DNA from: Gemmata obscuriglobus
Lineage (GTDB): Bacteria > Planctomycetota > Planctomycetia > Gemmatales > Gemmataceae
Length of the DNA: 32,000 nucleotides
Direction: 5' to 3'
Assembly (NCBI RefSeq): GCF_008065095.1
Contig: NZ_CP042911.1
Span: 5,130,001 to 5,162,000 of the forward strand
A model generated the notes under the pieces. It was not told where the DNA came from. It saw only the letters and a list, made by a program, of their open reading frames with translations, and ran no database searches. Within the stretch, counting starts at the first letter, position 1, and every line of letters begins with the position of its first letter. Shown piece after piece: positions 26,652-32,000 of this stretch. Made by a program: the position numbers and the translations under genes.

Positions 26652-27468
26652 CAGGGCCATTCCTTTATTCACTCTGGGGGATGCCGATAAGGTTCCTCGC
26701 GTTCTCGGGGTGGAGTTGGAGGAGTTCAATAGCCTCCGGCCGGCTCTTGGCCTCGACGCTGGCCAGCAGGTGAACCACAACGTTACGCACCGCAGCCAGG
26801 ACCTGCGGAGCCGTGCCCTTTCGCACGCGACACGCATCCTCGCCCAGCGTCACATCTCGAACGTAATGCAAGCCGTTTTCGATCTGCCAGTGATCACGAA
26901 GAATCGTCAGAAGTGTCGCCGCGTTCGCCCGCGCCATCGACAGGCTCGTGATCCCGTACACCACCTCCACCGTCTTCTTACCCTTCACCGCCCGCTCACG
27001 CGTGATTCGCAGACCTTGCTTCAGGCCCTTCCACTTCTGACCCACCGTCACGATCGGTGTCGTCTCCAGCGTCCGCTTCTCGATCCGACCGTGACCTTTC
27101 TCCGATGTCGTCACGACTCGGTCCGCCGGTGCCGAGAAGTGGACGTCTTCAGGGGGAAGTGGCCGCCGCGAGCCCTCGGGCGGCCGTTTCAAAGGCGAAT
27201 CCGCCCTCGATATCGACCTCCAATCCGGATTGGTTGCCCTTCACGACGAGCAGGTAATCGCCACCCCTGTCGATCACCTGTTCCGCCAGGTCCCGCTGGC
27301 AGAACATCGCATCGCCGACCACAACTTTGCCCTGGAGCGGCAGGATCCCCAACAATCCCAGAGCCGCCTTGTGTTCGTTGGTCTTGGAGTCAACGCGAAC
27401 CTGGGCGAGTACGGCTTCAACGGCCGGAGCATAGGCGGCGACGAGATGTTGACCGGGCACATCACCAT
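26652..27468 (-). mobile_element. ISAs1-family IS, copy C (a diverged relative of A/B, 5'-truncated)
   Basis: The right IR CAGGGCCATTCCTTTATTCAC (26652-26672) lies only 6 bp from the end of copy B. The left part is cut off by the ISKra4-like element at about 27469. Confidence 0.75.
26665..27468 (-). pseudogene. ISAs1-like transposase of copy C, in two overlapping frames
   Basis: orf1 (27149-27481) reads ...QVRVDSKTNEHKAALGLLG..VVGDAMFCQRDLA..DYLLVVKGNQSGL..AATSP-stop. orf2 (26665-27192, +1 frame) reads ..KGHGRIEKR...HWQIENGLHYVRDVTLGEDACRVRKG. The DAM/HGRIE/HW.IEN motifs are those of ISAs1-type enzymes. The ATG at 27481 is supplied by the neighbouring IS end. Confidence 0.75.
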
Positions 27469-27544
27469 GGGTGTACGACATGCTTTGCGCCTACCCAGCG
27501 AGTCTGTGTCGGCGTTCGCCGGTGATGTTGGCTTGTCGTCGATT

Positions 27545-28803
27545 CCAGTAGTTTCAAGTTGGCGGCTTGGTTTTGTTGGCCGATCGTGCAGTAGTAATGG
27601 ACTTATTTTCGCCATCTGTAGGTGCCAGCCCATCGGCCAACAGTATCAGGCATACCGCCGCCAGTGTCCACCCGAGGCCGCGGGCTGAGCGGGACCACAA
27701 CCAGGCGTTACGCAGGATCAGCCCGACGGCCACCCACAGGAGTCGCACGACCCCATCGGTGGTCGAGGTCCGGGGCCGAACCTGCCCCAACTGGCGGTAG
27801 CTGCTCTCGATCCCGAATCGGGTCCGGTACAGGTCCCGAATCGCCACCGGGCTCCCGCTCACCCGCCACACCGCGTACAGTAACTTCTTGCTCCGCCGGC
27901 CCCCGGTCCGCCGGTACCGGTAGCTCTTGTGAGCGATCACCACGTGCACCCGCACCGAGGTGCCCCGATCCGCGTGGGTGTACGCATATCGACCCGCGCC
28001 CCGCCGCCGCACGGCCCGCAACCCGACCCCCTTCACCCCGGGCCGGGGCTTGCGGCCCCGGACCACGGCCGGGATCACGAACGGCACACCCCGCGCCTGG
28101 AGCAACCGCATCACCGCGATCGAGAAGAACGCCTTGTCCAGCAGCGCGACCCGGACCGTAACCCGTGCCGCCGTCACCTGATCCAACAGCCGGGTGAGCA
28201 CCGCGGTCATCGGCTCCTTCTCGCCCACGGCCGTCAACCCGAGCGTGTACCGGTCCGGTCCCCCGACGAGGCACGCGGTGGCGTACGTGTGGAACGTGTG
28301 GGTGCCGCCGGCCCCCTTGGACCGGGTGGTGTCCCGGTTCGGCGTCCCGAAGTACCCGATCCGGTGGTAGTCGATCGCGACCCGAGCCGCCCGCTTCCGC
28401 TTGCCGAGCGGGGCGTGGAGGGCCGGCCGCAACCGCCGCTCGAGGGTGCGGCGCCGCTTGGGCAGCGTGAGGTACAAGCAATCCCAGATGGCCTGCCCGG
28501 ACGGGGCGTCGGCGATCGCGGCACAGGCCGCGGCCACCGAGCGGGCGAACGCCGCGGCGAACAGCACCACCCGCCACACCACCTCGGGTGTACAGGTGCG
28601 GCGACGCTTGGGCAGTTGGACCGCACGGCCGAGCCAGTCGGTCAGGACCGGACGGAGGTGCCGGGTGGCGTGGGCCGGGGTGGCTCGGATAGACTGACGT
28701 TTGGGTCGCATGGGGGCTCCGACAGTGGAGGCGTGGTAACCACCATTGACCGGTAAACCCATGCGGCCCGCTACTCATAAATCGCCCAACTTGAAACTAC
28801 TGG
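27545..28803 (-). mobile_element. IS4/ISH3-like insertion sequence nested inside the ISKra4-like transposase gene
   Basis: The 18-bp IRs are CCAGTAGTTTCAAGTTGG (27545-27562) and CCAACTTGAAACTACTGG (28786-28803). ATT lies on both flanks (27542-27544 and 28804-26806 read as 28804-28806), a possible 3-bp TSD. Excising it restores the host ORF. Confidence 0.85.
27554..28711 (-). CDS. DDE transposase (IS4/ISH3-like)
   Basis: ORF 27554-28762. The likely start is ATG 28711 (GGAG plus a 5-nt spacer; MRPKRQSIRA...). Motifs are VAIDYHRIGYFG, ALLDKAFFS and YRTRFGIESSYRQLGQ. Confidence 0.8.
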   Translation of the reverse strand: MRPKRQSIRATPAHATRHLRPVLTDWLGRAVQLPKRRRTCTPEVVWRVVLFAAAFARSVAAACAAIADAPSGQAIWDCLYLTLPKRRRTLERRLRPALHAPLGKRKRAARVAIDYHRIGYFGTPNRDTTRSKGAGGTHTFHTYATACLVGGPDRYTLGLTAVGEKEPMTAVLTRLLDQVTAARVTVRVALLDKAFFSIAVMRLLQARGVPFVIPAVVRGRKPRPGVKGVGLRAVRRRGAGRYAYTHADRGTSVRVHVVIAHKSYRYRRTGGRRSKKLLYAVWRVSGSPVAIRDLYRTRFGIESSYRQLGQVRPRTSTTDGVVRLLWVAVGLILRNAWLWSRSARGLGWTLAAVCLILLADGLAPTDGENKSITTARSANKTKPPT

Positions 28804-30525
28804 ATTCCAGAAGTCATCGAGCGGTGCGGTTTCGCTGAGCAGGTCGGCCCGGAGTTGGAGGATCGCTTCGGCGCCCGGCTCGGACCAGAACTTCTCGGAC
28901 CCCTTGACCCGATGATTCATCTGCTTGATCGTCGACTCCACGTGGCTGGTGGTGATCGGCAGACCGGCCCGGCGATACTCCGCGTATTTCATACGTCCCC
29001 GTTGGTTCTCGAAGTCGCACCGGGCCTCGGCTACGCACACCCGCGGGTGCGTCTCGCCGTCGGTCGCCTCGGGCATCCCGAGAACCTGTTGCCGCGACTC
29101 CAGACCCGACACGACCGTCGCAACATCCCCACGCCACAGCGCCTCGATCCACTGCACATATCGGGACCAACCCTCCCCAAACGGACCACCCGCCATCGCG
29201 GCACCGTACACATACGCCAACGCGTGGATGAAATCGACCACCGGCGTGAAGCTCGAGAAGTGCCGTTCCCACACGCCCCAGTTGGCATTCGACCCGTCGC
29301 CCAGAAACACCCGGCGTTTCGACCCGTAGAACCCACGGGCCCAAGCCGCGGCCGCCAGCAACCCACCGAACACCTCGACCCCCTGCTTGGTGCTCACCAC
29401 GCTCCGCACGACCAACTCGGGCGGTTCGTACCGGCCGGTCGCCTCGGGCACCGGTTGGGGATCGACCGGGGCGACCGCGTCACCGGCCGGCTCACGCCCG
29501 GCGGCCTTCGATTCCGACTTGATTTCCTGGGCCAGACGCGGGATCCGCTCGGGGTCGATATAGTGCGTGGGAATTTGCGGGCACGGGTCGTCCGTGTCGG
29601 ACACACTCGCCATTGAGGCCAGCAAACCCACCTTGTCCTCACGCCAATGCTCCCCCTTCTTCTTCTTCTTCGGGGGTACCGGCGTCGCGACCGCGGAGCC
29701 CTTCGGCTGTTCCGGTGACGTCGGGTTCCGGATCTGAAGCCTTCCGCCGTCCATCTGGACCACCGCAATCGGCGGGGGCACGACATCCGGAGGCGCCTTC
29801 TTGCGTTCAACCAGAGGCAAGGACTCGTAAGCCGCGACGGCGGCATCGCGTTCGGCACACCGCTCGGTACCGATCTGTTGCGTTCGTCGCTCGACCTGCT
29901 TGACCGGAACCGGAACCTCGGCCAGTTCCCGCAGGGCCTCAGCGGCCAGCGCAAACGATCCGCACCGGGTGCCCGCGAACACGACTTTCTTCAACAGGGC
30001 CGGGGATTGCCCGCCGCGGTCAATCGCCAGACTCGCCGACTGAGGGAAAAAAAGCCCGCCGGCAGGCGGTGCAGTAGGCCGACGGTTCGCTCCACTCCGC
30101 TTCCCCGACCCGCGTGGTGAGGATGCGTGGTTCGGGATCACCGGGTGATGGCGTCTGTCGGCACCCCGGGCATTGTTGTCTCTCGGCGGGTATGGTGCCG
30201 GCCGCTTGTTTCTGGAGAGCTTGGCGGAGCAGTTCGCGTGACACCGTTTGGCCCAACTGGACGACCAGTTCTTCGAGTTCCTCGAACGTCGTGCCCCACG
30301 GCGGCCCATCGGGTCCGAACAGCCTCTCGACCAACGTTTTGGCCACCCCGTCCAGGTACGCCTTATTCGCTGCGACTTCGGGACGAGCGTTATTGGGGCG
30401 TGCCATACCTGATCTCCACCAACGACTTGTGTGGCTCGCACGGCCGTTATTTCTTCGAGCCGCGGTCTATCATGATACCCCAACTTGCAAACCGTGTCGT
30501 GGACCCGGTCACTTCCGCCTCCGCC

Positions 30526-30616
30526 GCCGAACAATGAGCTCACCTGCACCGCCATGATACAGTCAGCGACGCGTCCCGAATCACATGGCGGTGTCAGGTG
30601 CAGCGCCGGGTTCGGC
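30526..30616 (-). repeat. 91-bp imperfect palindromic element, copy 1 (attC-like)
   Basis: On the plus strand it reads GCCGAAC-N8-CACCTGCACCGCCAT-29 nt loop-ATGGCGGTGTCAGGTG-N9-GTTCGGC. It contains the stop codon of the DUF2314-like ORF (30581-30583). Confidence 0.85.
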
Positions 30617-31051
30617 TTCTGCGCTATCCCGCCAGTAGTCGCGGGGCCACACTCGATCCGGCGGCTGACCCAACTGCCAGGCGACGTACTCGGGCGGCGG
30701 GTGGCCGATGTCGAGCACGTGCTCCGCCCGGAACGGTACCTCAGCCCCGAAGCACAGGTACACCCGGTCGGACCGTTCGAGGCACGCTGGCTGGTTGTCC
30801 AGGATGCCGATGTACGTGTCGCCGACCCGCTCGGCCACGAGCACCCACATACGCTCCGACCGCACCCCGACCGACCCGTCGTTCTCGTAAGCCTCGATAT
30901 GGAACAGCAGCTTAGCGGCGTCGCCGCGCTTGAGGCCGCGGCGCTGGTCGAGCGGGGGCACCCAGAACGTGTCGGGGTGCTGTCGGCTCAACTCCTCACC
31001 GGAGTCGATTTGCCAGTAATCACGCTCGAATGTGGCAAGCCGCACCGCCAC
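30581..31051 (-). CDS. DUF2314-like small protein (hypothetical)
   Basis: ORF 30581-31459. The part upstream of 31100 reads through repeat copy 2 and a GC-rich spacer and is probably not coding. The likely start is GTG 31051 (AGAGGG plus a 7-nt spacer) or ATG 31099. The core SERMWVLVAERVGDTYIGILDNQP...VPFRAEHVLDI resembles the DUF2314 signature as I recall it. Confidence 0.5.
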   Translation of the reverse strand: MAVRLATFERDYWQIDSGEELSRQHPDTFWVPPLDQRRGLKRGDAAKLLFHIEAYENDGSVGVRSERMWVLVAERVGDTYIGILDNQPACLERSDRVYLCFGAEVPFRAEHVLDIGHPPPEYVAWQLGQPPDRVWPRDYWRDSAEAEPGAAPDTAM

Positions 31052-31069
31052 TCGAAAACCCTCTGGGTG

Positions 31070-31160
31070 GCCGAACAGAAAGCTCACCGGCACCGCCATC
31101 ACCGGATCAGCGATGCGTCCCGAATCAGCGGGCGGTGTCAGGTGCAGCGCCGGGTTCGGC
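31070..31160 (-). repeat. 91-bp imperfect palindromic element, copy 2 (attC-like)
   Basis: It has the same architecture and the same length as copy 1, and is bounded by GCCGAAC (31070-31076) and GTTCGGC (31154-31160). It lies 544 bp from copy 1. Confidence 0.85.
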
Positions 31161-31251
31161 TTTCTCATTGCTGCACACCTCGGTGACGACCGAGGCTCAC
31201 CAACTCTTGAGCCACGCATCGGGAACACCAACTCTCCTGGCACAGCTCCGG

Positions 31252-31569
31252 TCAAGGCGGCGCCTTCTCTACCCCATGCTTGCGCTCCGACTCCTCTCGT
31301 TCGCGTTGGTTCCTTACCCTTTCCTGAGCGTGCCGCACATGGCCGAGCGTGGCGATGATCGTGGCCCCGAACACCAGCGCCACGGATGCGAGAAGGAACA
31401 TGACCACGAAGCGCGGCCGCTGCGGCCACACGCCGGTGTAGAGCGCGATGAGGAGCCATCCCACCAATACCGCAGCCAATGCCAAGCAGGCACCCCAGAT
31501 CGCCACTTCGCCAGGGGTACTAGTTTCCCAGTCTGGCTCTGGAGTCAAAATGGCGTTGGCAAACACCAA
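31252..31569 (-). CDS. Small membrane protein with two TM helices (hypothetical)
   Basis: The ORF is 105 aa. GAGGAG lies 3-6 nt upstream of the TTG 31569 / GTG 31566 starts. The two hydrophobic helices are AIWGACLALAAVLVGWLLIALY and FVVMFLLASVALVFGATIIATL, followed by a charged tail. Confidence 0.55.
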   Translation of the reverse strand: MVFANAILTPEPDWETSTPGEVAIWGACLALAAVLVGWLLIALYTGVWPQRPRFVVMFLLASVALVFGATIIATLGHVRHAQERVRNQREREESERKHGVEKAPP

Positions 31570-31583
31570 TCGCTCCTCGGGTG

Positions 31584-31674
31584 GCCGAACGAACAGCTCA
31601 CCTGCACCGCCATCATCGGATGAGCGATGCGTCCCGAATCAGATGGCGGTGTCAGGTGCAGCGCCGGGTTCGGC
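31584..31674 (-). repeat. 91-bp imperfect palindromic element, copy 3 (attC-like)
   Basis: It has the same architecture and length, and is bounded by GCCGAAC (31584-31590) and GTTCGGC (31668-31674). It lies 514 bp from copy 2 and contains the stop codon of the upstream ORF (31639-31641). Confidence 0.85.
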
Positions 31675-31914
31675 GTGCTTTTGGTGAGCCGTGGGTGCCG
31701 GAATCTGCTCCCGGCGCCACGCCACGGCCACGGCGGCCACCGCTCCGACCACCAGCCCCACGAGCAGCCCCTGTGACACGCCCGAACCGATGCCCACGTG
31801 CAGAGGGCTGAACCACGTCCCCACCGGCCGAAAATGCTCGGCGGGAGTACCCGGGGGCCGCCGCTCCGAGGAGATAACCGCCCCCGCCGCCGGCACACGC
31901 CCCGGCGAGGCCAC
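31639..31914 (-). CDS. Small glycine-zipper-type membrane protein (hypothetical; the 5' part is uncertain)
   Basis: The C-terminal part HVGIGSGVSQGLLVGLVVGAVAAVAVAW looks like a TM helix, and the stop lies inside repeat copy 3. A second frame (31652-31984) encodes a further TM-like segment upstream (LRAYLIVCLSGLAGACAGGGGGYLLG). A frameshift near the C5/G3 run at about 31852-31860, or a start beyond the window, is therefore possible. Confidence 0.3.
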   Translation of the reverse strand: MASPGRVPAAGAVISSERRPPGTPAEHFRPVGTWFSPLHVGIGSGVSQGLLVGLVVGAVAAVAVAWRREQIPAPTAHQKHAEPGAAPDTAI

Positions 31915-32000
31915 TCAGGCACACGATCAGGTATGCCCGCAGGACCGACACGGCGCCCCCCAGACGCAGCCCCCGGATGAGCACGGTGACCGACCCGATG

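Larger units (their letters stand above)
27491..30406 (-). pseudogene. Large DDE-type transposase with an N-terminal CxxC...CxxC zinc finger (ISKra4-like), frameshifted and interrupted
   Basis: The N-terminal ORF 30020-30406 (MARPNNARP...CPGC...CTACRRAFFP) and the long ORF 28771-30555 (..FFPQSASLAIDRG...) join at a T7 run on the coding strand (A7 at 30047-30053). Removing one base fuses them in frame. The last 17 codons are separated from the rest by the IS at 27545-28803. The restored end reads ...DDFWNRRQANITGERRHRLAG-stop, with the stop at 27491-27493. Confidence 0.65.
27469..30506 (-). mobile_element. ISKra4-like insertion sequence (family call tentative) carrying a nested IS
   Basis: The imperfect terminal IRs are GGGTGTACGACATGCTTTGC (27469-27488) and GCAAACCGTGTCGTGGACCC (30487-30506), which match at about 16 of 20 positions. 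They contain one long transposase gene. No TSD is recognisable, and the boundaries are approximate. Confidence 0.5.

Noticed and set aside
28771-30555. The 594-aa ORF taken at face value as one protein starting MAVQVSSLFGGGGG...
   Set aside because: Its first ~170 aa are an out-of-frame read of the real N-terminus (ORF 30020-30406) and of repeat copy 1. Its last 10 aa come from the nested IS. It is better explained as a frameshifted, interrupted transposase.
30526-31674. The conserved peptide NPALHLTPPxDSGRIAxPxMAVxVSxxFG encoded by all three 91-bp repeats, considered as a repeated protein domain or leader.
   Set aside because: Conservation is at nucleotide level and palindromic. The same elements give conserved peptides in several frames on both strands, and real ORFs enter them in a different frame (AEPGAAPDTAx-stop). 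They are DNA/RNA-level elements, not a coding domain.

Overview
High-GC bacterial chromosomal segment. It has planctomycete-type hallmarks: a Tat-signal DUF1501 protein and a giant secreted protein with an N-terminal LEDR motif. The lineage call is inference only. The window is saturated with insertion sequences. Nine IS-derived elements from about six families (IS5 x2, IS4-like remnant, IS701-like, IS3, ISAs1-like x3, and an ISKra4-like element carrying a nested IS4/ISH3-like IS) cover roughly 11.5 kb, about 36% of the window. Several are truncated, frameshifted or nested. Ordinary genes between them are an orphan vWA protein with a large unassigned N-terminal domain, DUF1501, a HAD phosphatase, a Kef-type CPA2 antiporter, a small winged-helix protein and a ~1700-aa beta-helix/Calx-beta/FG-GAP surface protein. 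Two loci stand out. (1) 20221-25387 is a compact four-gene cassette: a WXG100-like protein, a coiled-coil protein, a second small WXG-like protein and a membrane-anchored triple FtsK/SpoIIIE ATPase. It looks like a stripped-down type VII-like module and is bracketed by inverted ISAs1 copies. (2) 30526-31674 holds three 91-bp imperfect palindromes (GCCGAAC...GTTCGGC) with a conserved bulged base, spaced 514 and 544 bp apart. Each sits at a junction between small co-oriented ORFs, which resembles integron attC sites in a cassette array. I saw no rRNA, tRNA or CRISPR array. All family assignments come from motif recognition by eye; no searches were run.
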